From an uncultured cyanobacterium (GTDB taxonomy: Bacteria; Cyanobacteriota; Cyanobacteriia; Cyanobacteriales; CAWCAG01), in assembly GCA_963803805.1 (NCBI GenBank), contig CAWDOD010000002.1, forward strand, positions 1,024,001 to 1,088,000: a DNA stretch of 64,000 bases, read 5' to 3'. Below the pieces are notes generated by a model. The model searched no databases. It was not told the origin of the DNA and was given only the letters and a program-made list of their open reading frames with translations. This document shows positions 39,526 through 50,472 of the stretch, piece by piece. The translations under genes and the position numbers were made by a program. Within the stretch, counting starts at the first letter, position 1; every line of letters begins with the position of its first letter.

Positions 39526-40701
39526 ATGAAAATAGCTTATCTTAGTGAGTTTAATATTTTAGATCCTATGGCTCGAAGTGACCATCATCCCAAAGCAGTA
39601 GGGCAAAGGGAAAGATGCTATCAAGCCAGTAAAGCTTTACAGCGTAGTTCTACAACTGTTAATTATATTACTTCCTTAGAAACAAAAGAAGCCATAGTAC
39701 CCAAACTAAAGTGGCGATTTTATCAAAAATTTTTGCGAAAAAACTATCTCTCTTGGGCAGATCCTCAAGTGGGCGAATACTACGCAGCCCAGATTAAAAC
39801 CAAGTTAAATCACCTAGGAGATACAGACATTATTGTCGCCCCAGATATTAATCTGATTGCTTATTTAGATTACCCTCTGCCGATTGTTTTATGGACAGAT
39901 TCTCTCTATACCGGGTTAATTGATGCTTATTCAGATTACAGTAATTTGTGTAGAGAAAGTTTCAATCATTTAACAATGATGGATAGGCAGGCTTTAAGTC
40001 GTTGTCAGCTAGCTATTTTTTCCTCTGGTTGGGCAGCTAATTTAGCCCAAAAACATTATCAACTTCGGGATCATCAAGTTGAAGTTGTTCCTACAGGAAC
40101 TAATTTAGAACTTAATCATACAGTAGATAATATTAATAAAATTATTGAGGCGCGCTCTTCCCAAGTCTGCAAGTTACTATTTGTTGGTGCAGATTGGGAA
40201 AGGAAAGGGGGAGATGTGGCTATACGAGTTGTTAAAAAGCTCAATCATTTAGGAGTTAACTCAGAATTAACAATTGTGGGATGTAAACCACCAGATCATA
40301 AATCCTTACCGGAGTTTATTAAAGTAGCTGGTTTTATCAAAAAATCCGTCCCTTCTGGTCAAGAAAAATTAGCTCAGTTCTATCGAGAAGCCCATTTTCT
40401 GATTCTACCGACTAAAGCCGATTGTACTCCAGCTACCATCAGAGAAGCAAGCTTTTTTGGCTTACCTAGTCTTTCAACTAAAGTAGGGGGCATTCCTACG
40501 TTAATTAAAGATGATTACAATGGCAAAACCTTTTCCCTAGAAGCAGACATTGCTGAATACTGTGATTATGTTCGTGACGTTTTTGCTAATTACCCTCAAT
40601 ATAAAGAACTTGCCCGTTGCTCCTTTAAGGAATATCAATCAAAATTGAGTTGGAATGTAGCGGGAGAAAAGGTGGTTAGACTTTTACAAACTTGCTTATA
40701 A
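39526..40701 (+). CDS. GT4 (GT-B) glycosyltransferase
   Basis: LLFVG..WERKGG, PTKADC...EA..FGLP...T.VGGIP. Confidence 0.88.
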   Translation: MKIAYLSEFNILDPMARSDHHPKAVGQRERCYQASKALQRSSTTVNYITSLETKEAIVPKLKWRFYQKFLRKNYLSWADPQVGEYYAAQIKTKLNHLGDTDIIVAPDINLIAYLDYPLPIVLWTDSLYTGLIDAYSDYSNLCRESFNHLTMMDRQALSRCQLAIFSSGWAANLAQKHYQLRDHQVEVVPTGTNLELNHTVDNINKIIEARSSQVCKLLFVGADWERKGGDVAIRVVKKLNHLGVNSELTIVGCKPPDHKSLPEFIKVAGFIKKSVPSGQEKLAQFYREAHFLILPTKADCTPATIREASFFGLPSLSTKVGGIPTLIKDDYNGKTFSLEADIAEYCDYVRDVFANYPQYKELARCSFKEYQSKLSWNVAGEKVVRLLQTCL

Positions 40702-40704
40702 ATC

Positions 40705-42500
40705 TCAAATAGATTCAGCAGCTTTGAGAAGACAATCTGCTTCTAAAAGAATCAATTCTTTTTCCCGCCAAATTGTACACTCTCTTATAATACTAACTAA
40801 AGCAGGAGTATTGCCTAACTTGATATTTTCCCTTGCTTCTTTAACAAAATTAGGAAGTTGATCATCCTCGAATCCTGGTTGCAAAAATTGTTTTAGCAAA
40901 CGTGAGTCTCGGAAATACTGACTCGTAAAAGCCGACTCATCAAGTAACCAGAAATCCACATCATACTTTTTAATAAACCTAGCTACTGTGCTAATATCCT
41001 GGCTATATTGTGCCTGAATTAAATCCCCCATACGCTGGCGAAACTGTTGGTAATAACCAGATTGATAAGGATTAGAATATTCTCCAGCAATGAGGACTGA
41101 TCTAAGGGCATAGGTTGGTATATTGTTAGCTTCTTTTGCTAGAGAGGCCACCATAATGTCTTTGGGCTGCTGATTTAATAACTGATAGAGTGAGGGAACT
41201 TCCCCAACGTGGTAATTGTTATTTGTTAATGAGTTATAGTTCTTGACTTTAATGATTACTGGATAAGTAACAAGCAAAGCCACAACAACTAATACAGCTA
41301 TAACACTAGCCCCTTGAGGTAATCCAACTTTTCTCTGGCATAACTGTAAGACTTTATCTAATAATATGAGCAGTACAAAACTGGCGAGAATTGGAGTGAT
41401 AATCCTCAGACTATGTTGGGTAAAGCGGCTTGGTAAATATAACTTGAATAGTAAAGTGTGGGCGGCGAAATACCAAAAAAGGGAAACAATAACTAGTTGA
41501 GGAATGAGAAGGATTTTTGGGGTAAACTTTTTAGTTAGAGGAAAAAAAGCAGAGAAAGCAAATAAGATAGGCAGAAATAAACTAAGTAAGAAAACCAAGA
41601 AAAAGTATTTGTTAGGCCATAGATACCATTCTGACGGTAATATGCCACTGCGAAGCCCCCAAATCCAGAATTGTTGCGGGGTATCTAAGAAAAAGGCTTT
41701 CCTGCCCTGGGGCCTAATTCTGGTAGTTGTTGAGCCTCTGCTAGGGTTAAGGTTGGTCCAAATTCTGAAGTTCCTAATAGGTAAGGTAACAGCATAGCTA
41801 CGGTTACCCCAATACCTAAAGCGACGAGGATGTAAGTACGACGGTCATGAGAAAACTTAGGGGGCCAACTACGCCAATTAACTAGTTGTAGTAATAACAT
41901 CCCCGCTACTATTAACATCGGAGGAGGGTAAAACAAACCTAGCAAAATAATAGAAGCAGTTAGAGGAATTAAAGAACGACGGAGTAAATAATAAAGAAAG
42001 GCCAGAAGAAAGGGATATAAAAAAGCCCTGGGAGTGCCAGAGATAATATCCTCATGTCCCCACAGATTTTGATTCATAAGCACAGTTGCTACGAATCCTG
42101 CTACGGGAATAGGTAGCATTTCTAGGCAAATACCAAAACAATATGCTGTAGTTGCTATTCCCAATAAAATAGGGATAAACTGATTAAATAACAATGGCTT
42201 AATCCCTAGCCATGCTACCAAACGGTAGAGAGATTTGAAGCCAAGTGGTACAGCAGTTTGATGATAATCAGCAATAAGATCATTAGGAAAAAGTTCTGGA
42301 TCAAGGAATCGTTGCATCCAGAAAATATGCTGCCTGGTATCATCATGAACGATATATTGATAATCAAAAGTCTGTTGTACAGCAGCGAAACTAATGATAG
42401 TACCAATAACTAAACTTAAGCAGAACCAGAAAATCACTGAGGAATTAGCTAAATTAAGTTTAGGAGTTATTAGTTTTGCTTGTATATATCGAGGCAACAT
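40705..42500 (-). pseudogene. Polytopic membrane protein (GT-C-like), split by a 1-nt frameshift; paralog of 42652-44418
   Basis: HDDTRQHIFWMQRF.DP.LFPNDLIADY in the N-half and LFKLYLPSRF in the C-half. One extra G at 41709-41712 joins the halves (LGPQGRKAFFLDTPQQFW). Confidence 0.75.
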
Positions 42501-42651
42501 AAAAACAATTAAATTATGATGATTAAGTTATTTTTGGTGTTTGGTAAACTCCCAAAATTCAAGATAGCAACTATATTAATTTGAAAATCAACCAAAAAGA
42601 TAGAACTTTAGTAATATATTTTCAATTTCTCAAAAAAAAATATAATATCTT

Positions 42652-44418
42652 ATGCTTACTTCTAAAAGTTTAATGCCGTTAGCCAAAGTTTCAACTCAAG
42701 CTCAATTATTTTGGTTGAGTTTAAGTCTCATAATCAGCCTTTTTTTTGGTGCTATATCTTTAAAAGAAGCGTTTAGAGGAGAGTTTATCATCCAAGATGA
42801 TGCCCAACAACACGTATTCTGGTTTTGGCGCTTTGTTGACTCAGAACTTTTTCCTAATGATCTTATTGCTGATTATTATCAATCAATAGCACAACCTGGA
42901 TATATATTCATCTATAAGTTTGCTGCTTTTTTAGGAATTGAACCTATTTTCTTCAGTAAACTTATTCCCCCCCTTCTAGCTTTAATAACTACAGCTTACT
43001 GCTTTTATATAGTTCTACAAATATTTCCTGTACCTGTTGCTGGTTTCGTCTCAACTGTTTTACTCAATCAAAATATTTGGTTGAAAGATGATTTAGCATC
43101 CGCTACAGCAAGGGCTTTTCTTTACCCTCTGCTTTTCGCTTTTCTTTATTATTTACTTAAAAAGAGCTTGTTTCCCTGTTTAGCATCATTACTTCTTTTA
43201 GGTTTAATTTATCCTATTCCTTTACTCATTTGCGCCGGTATTTTACTGTTACGCTTAATTAAATATCAAAACCGTAAACTCAGTTTTTCTCGTCACAAAA
43301 AAGATTATCTTTTGAGCTTGTCGGGGTTAGGAGTTATCTTTCTGGTCTTACTACCTATTTTACTAGAAACGTCTACCTATGGCCCTACGGTTACAGCAGA
43401 TGTAGCGAGAAACATGATTGAGTTTTCTGAAGAGGGGCGAACCAGACTTTTTATCAATGATCCAATTGAATTTTGGTTGTATGGAGGACGAACAGGATTT
43501 TTCCCTGTGGAATGGGAAGATTTACCTGCTTTTTATTTCCCTATTTTGGCAGCTATCGGTTTTAGTTTACCTCTACTTAAAAAATACCCTAACTATTTTC
43601 CTTTAGTTCAACGTGTTAATAGTAATGTATTTGTTTTACCCCAGCTTTTATTGGTATCAACAGTTCTCTTTTTAGCTGCTCATGCTGTTCTGTTTAAGCT
43701 ATATCTACCTAGTCGCTATAGCCAATATAGCTTGCGCATTTTTATGGCTATTGCAGCAGGCATCGTTTTAACAGTTGTGTTCGATAAAATCTTTAAAATC
43801 CTCTTAGCAACAACTCAACAAAAACGTCTAGCTGTTGCCATTAGCTTACTTGCTCTTTTTATTACTTATCCTCTAATTTTAAGAAGTCAGGATATAGGAT
43901 TAGCAGATCCACTTTCCTATAAATCAGGTTATCCCACAGGACTATATAGCTTGTTACGAAGACAACCTAAAGATATTTTAATTGCCTCTACTTCTTCTCA
44001 AGTTAATCGTATTCCTGCCCTTGCTAAGCGCTCAATTTTAGTTGGTCAAGAACATAGTATTCCTTATCATGAAAAATACTATAGTCAGATCAAAAAAAGG
44101 CTTCTTGATTTAATTGAAGCTCAATATAGTCCTGAACGGGATACTTTAATCAGTTTTATTCAAAAATATGGTGTGGATTTATGGCTTTTGGATAAAGACT
44201 ATTTAATCTCTCCCTATGGAGATGAGGATATAGCCGAAGAAGATTTAAGGTCGATAGATGTTTGGTTAAGGCAATTTCCTGAGTCTAAAGCTGCTGATCT
44301 TAGGGCAAAACAAGGTATTAAACCAGAGTTGCTTAAGTTTGTACCAAACTGTAGTATTTTTGAAAACGAAGACCTAATTCTTTTAAAAGCTGAATGTATT
44401 TTAACCCAAAGTAAGTAA
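42652..44418 (+). CDS. Polytopic membrane protein, putative GT-C-type glycosyltransferase
   Basis: Many TM segments; first-loop QDDAQQH acidic motif; soluble C-terminal domain; adjacent to a DPM-like GT2. Confidence 0.65.
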   Translation: MLTSKSLMPLAKVSTQAQLFWLSLSLIISLFFGAISLKEAFRGEFIIQDDAQQHVFWFWRFVDSELFPNDLIADYYQSIAQPGYIFIYKFAAFLGIEPIFFSKLIPPLLALITTAYCFYIVLQIFPVPVAGFVSTVLLNQNIWLKDDLASATARAFLYPLLFAFLYYLLKKSLFPCLASLLLLGLIYPIPLLICAGILLLRLIKYQNRKLSFSRHKKDYLLSLSGLGVIFLVLLPILLETSTYGPTVTADVARNMIEFSEEGRTRLFINDPIEFWLYGGRTGFFPVEWEDLPAFYFPILAAIGFSLPLLKKYPNYFPLVQRVNSNVFVLPQLLLVSTVLFLAAHAVLFKLYLPSRYSQYSLRIFMAIAAGIVLTVVFDKIFKILLATTQQKRLAVAISLLALFITYPLILRSQDIGLADPLSYKSGYPTGLYSLLRRQPKDILIASTSSQVNRIPALAKRSILVGQEHSIPYHEKYYSQIKKRLLDLIEAQYSPERDTLISFIQKYGVDLWLLDKDYLISPYGDEDIAEEDLRSIDVWLRQFPESKAADLRAKQGIKPELLKFVPNCSIFENEDLILLKAECILTQSK

Positions 44419-44506
44419 TCTATCTTAAGTTAGATTATCTAATAGAAATTTAGCCAATTTTTACCATAGTTTGTAAGCTTTTGAAGTAACCTGAAGTGAA
44501 AAAATA

Positions 44507-45406
44507 ATGAATGAAAGCCAAGTGCCAAGTATTAGAAAAGACGAGTATATTTGTCCACCTTTTTCTCTTATTCTTCCTACCTACAACGAAGAAAGAGGCA
44601 TTTTGCCAACCCTTGATCATCTCCAGAATAGCCTCAAAGATTCTAGCTGTGAATATGAGATTATAGCAGTTAATGATGGTTCTATAGACGGTACAGCAGA
44701 ACTTTTACAAACTCGCGACGACATCCGAGTAATTGAACACCGTGTTAATAGAGGATATGGTGCAGCTTTGAAAACAGGGATTCGCAATGCTAAATATGAC
44801 TGGATTGTCATTACCGATGCTGATGGCACTTATCCCAATGAGAGGATACCACAACTGGTCGCGTTAACCCAAAAGGCTGATATGGTTGTAGGTTCTCGTA
44901 CCGGGGCTAATGTCAACTATTCTAATTTGAGGAAAATTCCTAAGTGGTTTTTAGTCCGTTTTGCTCAATGGATTACTGATACTAAAATACCTGATCTCAA
45001 TAGCGGATTACGGGTTTTTAGTAAAAGTGTAGTGCAGGAATTTATTAAAATTTTACCTGATACTTTTAGCTTTACTACAACTATTACCGTGGCAATGCTA
45101 ACTAATGGTTATGTGGTACATTACGAACCCGTTGATTTTCACCATCGCAAGGGTAAAAGCAAGATTAAACCGATTCGAGATACTTTACGCTTTGTACAAT
45201 TGATTATGCGAACAGGATTATATTTTGCTCCTCTGAGGGTGTTTTTACCCATTGCCGCTTTCTTTTTCCTGGCTTTTATATTTACTTTTATACAAGATAT
45301 TGTTGTTAGGGAAAACCTAACAGAAAGAACTTTAATTCTTTTGATTGCTGCAACTCAAATGTCTATGTTTGCTCTTTTAGCAGATATGTTAGATAAGCGG
45401 ACTTAA
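44507..45406 (+). CDS. GT2 polyprenyl-phosphate glycosyltransferase (DPM1-like)
   Basis: LPTYNEE, VNDGS.D, NRGYGAALKTG, TDADG, DLNSGLR, two C-terminal TM helices. Confidence 0.88.
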   Translation: MNESQVPSIRKDEYICPPFSLILPTYNEERGILPTLDHLQNSLKDSSCEYEIIAVNDGSIDGTAELLQTRDDIRVIEHRVNRGYGAALKTGIRNAKYDWIVITDADGTYPNERIPQLVALTQKADMVVGSRTGANVNYSNLRKIPKWFLVRFAQWITDTKIPDLNSGLRVFSKSVVQEFIKILPDTFSFTTTITVAMLTNGYVVHYEPVDFHHRKGKSKIKPIRDTLRFVQLIMRTGLYFAPLRVFLPIAAFFFLAFIFTFIQDIVVRENLTERTLILLIAATQMSMFALLADMLDKRT

Positions 45407-45423
45407 AAAATTAGCCATTGGTA

Positions 45424-45990
45424 ATGAAAAAGATCGCTCTTTTTGGTACTAGCGCAGATCCTCCCACCGCAGGACATAATGCCATATTAAAATGGCTATC
45501 CCAACGTTACGATCTAGTTGCTGTTTGGGCTTCAGATAATCCTTTTAAATCTCATCAAACCAACCTACAACATCGAGTCGAGATGTTGAAGGTACTGATT
45601 GATTCGTTGGAACCTGATTATTATAACGTTAACCTGCATCAAAATTTTAGCAGCCGCAGAACCCTAGAAACAGTCAAACAAGCAAGACAGGTTTGGGGTG
45701 AATCACCTGAATTCACCCTAGTAATTGGTTCCGACTTGCCTCCACAAATGCCTAATTGGTATCGTATCGAAGAATTATTACAACAAGTCGTACTTTTAGT
45801 TATTCCTCGCCCAGGCTATTCTATAAAAGAAAAAGACTTAGTTAGCTTACGGAATTTAGGAGGAAAATGCGCCATCGCCGATTTCCATCCCCCCTCAGTT
45901 TCTTCTACTGCTTATCGCGAACATCAAGACCCAGAGGCAATAATACCATCTGTTCAAGACTATATTCAGCGAGAGCAACTATACATATAG
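45424..45990 (+). CDS. nadD: Nicotinate-nucleotide adenylyltransferase
   Basis: LFGTSADPPT.GH, VIGSDL, SSTAYR, YI....LY. Confidence 0.9.
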   Translation: MKKIALFGTSADPPTAGHNAILKWLSQRYDLVAVWASDNPFKSHQTNLQHRVEMLKVLIDSLEPDYYNVNLHQNFSSRRTLETVKQARQVWGESPEFTLVIGSDLPPQMPNWYRIEELLQQVVLLVIPRPGYSIKEKDLVSLRNLGGKCAIADFHPPSVSSTAYREHQDPEAIIPSVQDYIQREQLYI

Positions 45991-46101
45991 CTAATTGCTA
46001 ATTGCTAGTTGCTTATTACTAATTGAGATGTACCTAGATAGAGTATTCAATATGAAGAAAAAACATCACTTATCAATCCCTTTTGACTTTTGAATTGCTA
46101 T

Positions 46102-46833
46102 ATGTCAGTACAGGTAGACCCCGTGACGAAAAAGAATCTTGCTGATTTTAAGGTAGGAGTTGATAATGTGATTTTTTCGGTAGATGACAAGAAAAATCGC
46201 TTGTTAGTGCTATTAATTAAACGTCCTGATCAACCTTTTCAAAGTCAGTGGAGTTTACCAGGAACATTAGTTCGCCAAGGAGAATCCTTAGAAAAAGCAG
46301 CACATCGCATTTTAGCTGAGAAAATTTGGGTTAATAACCTTTATTTAGAACAACTTTATACATTTGGTGGTCCGGAAAGAGATCCCAGAGAATCTCCAAC
46401 TAGTTTTGGAGTACGTTATCTATCAGTTAGTTACTTTGCTTTAGTGCGTTTTGCTGAAGCAGAATTGATTAGTGATAATAGTTATAGTACAACTTGGTAT
46501 TCTTTAAAAGAAATTCCTCAATTAGCTTTTGATCATAACCAGATTCTTACCTACGGTTATGGGCGTTTACGGAACAAGTTAGAGTATAGCCCTATCGCTT
46601 TTGATGTCTTACCAGAAGTGTTTACTTTAAATGATGTTTATCAGCTTTATTGTACAGTTTTGGGAGAAAACTTTTCTGATTATTCCAATTTCCGTTCCCG
46701 TTTATTAAAACTAGGTTTTTTATCAGATACGGGAATAAAAGTTTCTAGGGGAGCAGGTCGTCCTGCTAGTTTATATAGTTTTGATGCTAAAGCTTTTGCA
46801 CCTTTAAAAGATAAGCCTTTAGTATTTATTTAA
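46102..46833 (+). CDS. nrtR: Nudix-related transcriptional regulator
   Basis: Nudix-like N-domain (WSLPG..V..GESLE.AA.R, LEQLYTFG...RDPR, LAFDH) plus wHTH (FTL..V, NFR, GRPA.LY); sits between NAD genes. Confidence 0.85.
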   Translation: MSVQVDPVTKKNLADFKVGVDNVIFSVDDKKNRLLVLLIKRPDQPFQSQWSLPGTLVRQGESLEKAAHRILAEKIWVNNLYLEQLYTFGGPERDPRESPTSFGVRYLSVSYFALVRFAEAELISDNSYSTTWYSLKEIPQLAFDHNQILTYGYGRLRNKLEYSPIAFDVLPEVFTLNDVYQLYCTVLGENFSDYSNFRSRLLKLGFLSDTGIKVSRGAGRPASLYSFDAKAFAPLKDKPLVFI

Positions 46834-46887
46834 TTGCTAATTGCTAATTGCTAATCGCTAGTTGCTAGTTGCTAGTTGCTAGTTGCT
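46832..46887. repeat. Heptamer tandem repeat (TTGCTAR)n
   Basis: About eight TTGCTAA/TTGCTAG units after the nrtR stop. Confidence 0.85.
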
Positions 46888-46960
46888 GATTTTCAGCATT
46901 TATTATTGCTTCTTACCTTATTCAAAGTATTAGCTATCTTAAACAATCTAATTTTAAAAT

Positions 46961-47284
46961 ATGAGCATAATTTACGAAGACGAATACCTTACTTGTGATG
47001 ATCTTGGTATGACTATCAAGTGGTACTACTTTCCTATTGGAGAGAAAAAGATTCTCTACGCTTCTATAGTTAATGTAACAGAAAGAAATATGGAGTTATT
47101 CTCAGGTAAAGGTCGTATCTGGGGTATGGATTTAAGTCCAGAATGGTTTCACTTAGACCCTAAACGTCCTTTCAAAGATAAATGTATAGTTTTAGATATT
47201 GGAGAATGGATTAAACCAGTTATTACTCCAGAAAATCACTTTAGAGTTTGGCAAATACTACAAGAGAAAGTTGACTCGCATTAA
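46961..47284 (+). CDS. Small conserved hypothetical protein (possibly PH-like beta fold)
   Basis: 107 aa; YYFP.G.K.I.Y, GRIWG...WF.LD..R, P.ITP pattern. Confidence 0.6.
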   Translation: MSIIYEDEYLTCDDLGMTIKWYYFPIGEKKILYASIVNVTERNMELFSGKGRIWGMDLSPEWFHLDPKRPFKDKCIVLDIGEWIKPVITPENHFRVWQILQEKVDSH

Positions 47285-47449
47285 TTTGAGTTGTTCTAAA
47301 ATACTCAAATGTTGATTAAAGATGTTGAGGCTGGATGTTGAGGCTGGATGTTGAGAGATTTTTAACGCTTTAATAGACGTTGCTACTTGAAAATAGCCTT
47401 ACGCTATTCTCTAATTTTATACAAGCTTTAGAAACTTTTGTAATTACTA

Positions 47450-47785
47450 TTAACTTACTGCAAACTCTGTATATTGACGAACATCAGGAGGATGAAAAGC
47501 AAGAACAATATTTTTTTTAGCAATACCGGCTTCTAAAAGTTCGATGGTAATTCCGTCTTCAATACCATCACGATGTAGCCAAATTTTCTCACCACGAATT
47601 TCTGCATGAACGATAACCCCATAAACTCGTAAGCCATCTTGCCAACCTTCATCCATTAGTAAAAAGTGTTTGTCATTCCTACTAACAACCACAAAGGTAT
47701 TAACATCTCCATAACGATAGGGAATAGCTGCGTGTTCTTGTAAAATACCTTCTATAATTTCGCCGTACCGATTTGAGGTATCCAT
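47450..47785 (-). CDS. xisI: XisI-family protein
   Basis: HFLLM..GW....RVYG..VH..I...KIW..RDG.E.GI..EL...GI.K..IVLAFHPP..R.YT.FAV. Confidence 0.9.
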   Translation of the reverse strand: MDTSNRYGEIIEGILQEHAAIPYRYGDVNTFVVVSRNDKHFLLMDEGWQDGLRVYGVIVHAEIRGEKIWLHRDGIEDGITIELLEAGIAKKNIVLAFHPPDVRQYTEFAVS

Positions 47786-47862
47786 TGCAAAATCTCCTTA
47801 TTTGTAGCATCAAAAACAATCAAACGTAGCTCAGTTGTTTCTAAAATAAGCTGACCAATCTC
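47752..47862 (-). pseudogene. xisH: 3' remnant of xisH
   Basis: Minus strand EIGQLILETTELRLIVFDATNKEILQWIP matches the XisH C-terminus and overlaps the xisI start; the 5' part is missing. Confidence 0.7.
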
Positions 47863-47965
47863 TCATAGGAATTGGAATAATTAGTTTAAGAGTAGAAAAA
47901 TCATAGGCTATCATCAGTTTAAAACAATGTAACTCTTTCCTACTCAACGCTCCCTAATATAAGTT

Positions 47966-49621
47966 ATGAAAATAGCGATCGCCCAAATAAACCCCCTCAT
48001 TGGTGACATCTCAGGTAATAGGCAAAAAATTCTCACCTCTGCCCAAGAAGCTTCTAACCTCGGCGTTGAACTACTTTTAACTCCGGAACTTTCTCTTTGT
48101 GGCTATCCTCCGAGAGATTTACTTTTAATTAAAGATTTTGTTGAGGAAATGGTAGCTAACTTAGATATCTTGGCACAACAGCTACCTCCCCAAATAACTG
48201 TATTAGTAGGAACTGTTGCTATAAATATTGATGCAGAAATACAAGGAGAAAAACCTCTTTTTAATAGCACAGCGTTATTAACAAAAGGTCAAGTAAAACA
48301 TATCTTTCATAAGCGTCTTTTACCCACTTACGATGTTTTTGATGAAGAACGTTATTTTGAACCAGGAAAAGAAGCGAATATTTTCACCCTTAATAATCTT
48401 AAAATTGGTGTCACTATTTGCGAAGACTTATGGAATGATCCTGACTTTTGGGGCAAACGCAACTATGAAACTAATCCTATTGAAGATTTAGCTAAAGCAG
48501 GGGTAGACTTCCTCGTTAATCTTTCTGCTTCTCCCTACACGGTGGGTAAGCAAAAATTAAGGGAAGCAATGTTGAGTCATAGTGCCAAACAACATCAACA
48601 GCCGCTCCTTTATGCTAACCAAGTTGGAGGTAATGATGACCTACTTTTTGATGGTAACAGTGTCGCTTTTAATCGTCATGGCCAAGTAGTTGGTCGTGGG
48701 GCTACTTTTGAGAGTGATTTATTAGTTTTGGAATTTGATGAGGAAACAAAAGATTTACTGCCAGGAAAGATTACTCCTGTACCAGAATGCGAAGAAGCAG
48801 AAATTTGGTCAGCATTAGTTAGGGGAGTAAAAGATTATGCCCACAAATGTGGTTTTTCCCAAGCAGTCTTAGGTTTAAGCGGTGGCATCGACTCGGCTTT
48901 GGTTGCTGCGATCGCAGCAGCGGCTTTAGGCAAAGAAAACGTACTTGGAGTTTTAATGCCTTCTCCCTATAGTTCTGACCATTCTATTCAAGATGCAGAA
49001 CAATTAGTTACTAACTTAGGCATCAAAAGCCAACAGCTACCCATTAAAAAAGCCATGACTGCCTATGATGAAATTCTCTTGGATTTATTCACAGGAACTT
49101 CCTTTGGAGTCGCAGAAGAAAATCTTCAATCTCGCATTCGCGGTAACTTATTAATGGCGATCGCTAACAAATTCGGCCACCTCCTCCTCTCCACAGGTAA
49201 CAAATCAGAAATGTCCGTCGGTTATTGCACTCTCTACGGCGATATGAACGGTGGTTTAGCCGTAATAGCAGATGTCCCTAAAACTAAAGTTTTCGCCCTT
49301 TGTCGCTGGCTTAATCGCCATCAGGAGATCATTCCTAACCACATCATCACCAAACCACCTAGTGCAGAACTAAAACCCGGTCAAGTAGACCAAGATTCTT
49401 TGCCTCCCTACGAAATTCTTGATGATATTCTCCACCGCTTAATTAATAACCATCAATCTTCACAACAAATTATTGCTGCTGGTTATGAAGCAGAAGTAGT
49501 CAATAAAGTAATCAAGCTAGTCACTCGCGCCGAATTTAAACGCCGACAAGCCCCCCCAGGACTAAAAATTGCTGATCGCGCTTTTGGTACAGGTTGGAGA
49601 ATGCCCATTGCTAGGGGGTGA
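47966..49621 (+). CDS. nadE: Glutamine-dependent NAD+ synthetase
   Basis: Nitrilase domain (PELSL.GYPP.D, ICEDLW) plus synthetase domain (GLSGGIDS, ENLQSRIRG, TGNKSE, KPPSAEL). Confidence 0.96.
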   Translation: MKIAIAQINPLIGDISGNRQKILTSAQEASNLGVELLLTPELSLCGYPPRDLLLIKDFVEEMVANLDILAQQLPPQITVLVGTVAINIDAEIQGEKPLFNSTALLTKGQVKHIFHKRLLPTYDVFDEERYFEPGKEANIFTLNNLKIGVTICEDLWNDPDFWGKRNYETNPIEDLAKAGVDFLVNLSASPYTVGKQKLREAMLSHSAKQHQQPLLYANQVGGNDDLLFDGNSVAFNRHGQVVGRGATFESDLLVLEFDEETKDLLPGKITPVPECEEAEIWSALVRGVKDYAHKCGFSQAVLGLSGGIDSALVAAIAAAALGKENVLGVLMPSPYSSDHSIQDAEQLVTNLGIKSQQLPIKKAMTAYDEILLDLFTGTSFGVAEENLQSRIRGNLLMAIANKFGHLLLSTGNKSEMSVGYCTLYGDMNGGLAVIADVPKTKVFALCRWLNRHQEIIPNHIITKPPSAELKPGQVDQDSLPPYEILDDILHRLINNHQSSQQIIAAGYEAEVVNKVIKLVTRAEFKRRQAPPGLKIADRAFGTGWRMPIARG

Positions 49622-49675
49622 AGTCAACTGAATAATTGAGGAGGGCAAAAGTTTTATCCTCATGCCCTCACCTTC

Positions 49676-50287
49676 TCATCTTTCTTTTTGGGCATCCACT
49701 TGGGCAAAGGCATATTGAGCGATCGCTAAACTTAAACGGGCTTTTTCTACTGGGGAAACATCTTCCCAGTTAGTGTTTTCTAGCTTACTAAGTACAGTAT
49801 CAGCTTTATTTTTTTGGCTACTACGCATAGCATAAACTAGAGGACGAGCGAACACCTGTAAGTCTTCTTCAGTCCAATTGAGTAGTAGAGGCTTCATAGA
49901 CTCAACTAATCTTTCCATTTTAGAAAGATTACTATCAACCATTTTTTTCGCTTCTTGGGCGATCGCCTCTAACCAGGAACTAGGTACGGCACTGCCAAAT
50001 TTCGCATCTAAGACTTCTTGAATAGAAAAAGACGATTGGGTAGGCCAGCAACTATTGAGACTGGTAAAAAGACTTTCTGTCCGTTCCTCAATTTCAATAG
50101 CTGACCAATCTTCAAGAGAAAAATTCTCTTCGGTTGCTTCAAAATAGTCTTGGGCTTCAACTTCTGCTGGATTCCACGGATAAGGTTTTTCCTGTTCTAG
50201 CAAATAATCTAGCAGTTGCTTTTCCAAGTTTTCCAGTCCGCTTAGGGTTTCTTTTTTAACTTGGTAATCTGTCTGTTGGTCTTTCAT
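49676..50287 (-). CDS. Conserved hypothetical cyanobacterial protein
   Basis: 203 aa with GAGGAG RBS; YPWNP, DLQVFARP..YAMR, ARLSLAIA.YA motifs. Confidence 0.7.
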   Translation of the reverse strand: MKDQQTDYQVKKETLSGLENLEKQLLDYLLEQEKPYPWNPAEVEAQDYFEATEENFSLEDWSAIEIEERTESLFTSLNSCWPTQSSFSIQEVLDAKFGSAVPSSWLEAIAQEAKKMVDSNLSKMERLVESMKPLLLNWTEEDLQVFARPLVYAMRSSQKNKADTVLSKLENTNWEDVSPVEKARLSLAIAQYAFAQVDAQKER

Positions 50288-50472
50288 ATTACTCCTCGAT
50301 GGTCGGTGCTTGTTACTCCAAGCATGGGTATCTACACTGGAGTTTGACTAATTTCCAAATAAATCGGAAATTTTTACTATTGCTATTTTAAAGAAGCAAA
50401 TTAATTGGCTTTCTTCTTCAATTATTCTGAGCTAAACCCATAAATAGAGGTTGTCCCAAGAATAATTAAGGC

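Noticed and set aside
2562-46887. Heptamer arrays as CRISPR-like or novel repeats
   Set aside because: They have no spacers and are ordinary cyanobacterial short tandem repeats in intergenic DNA.
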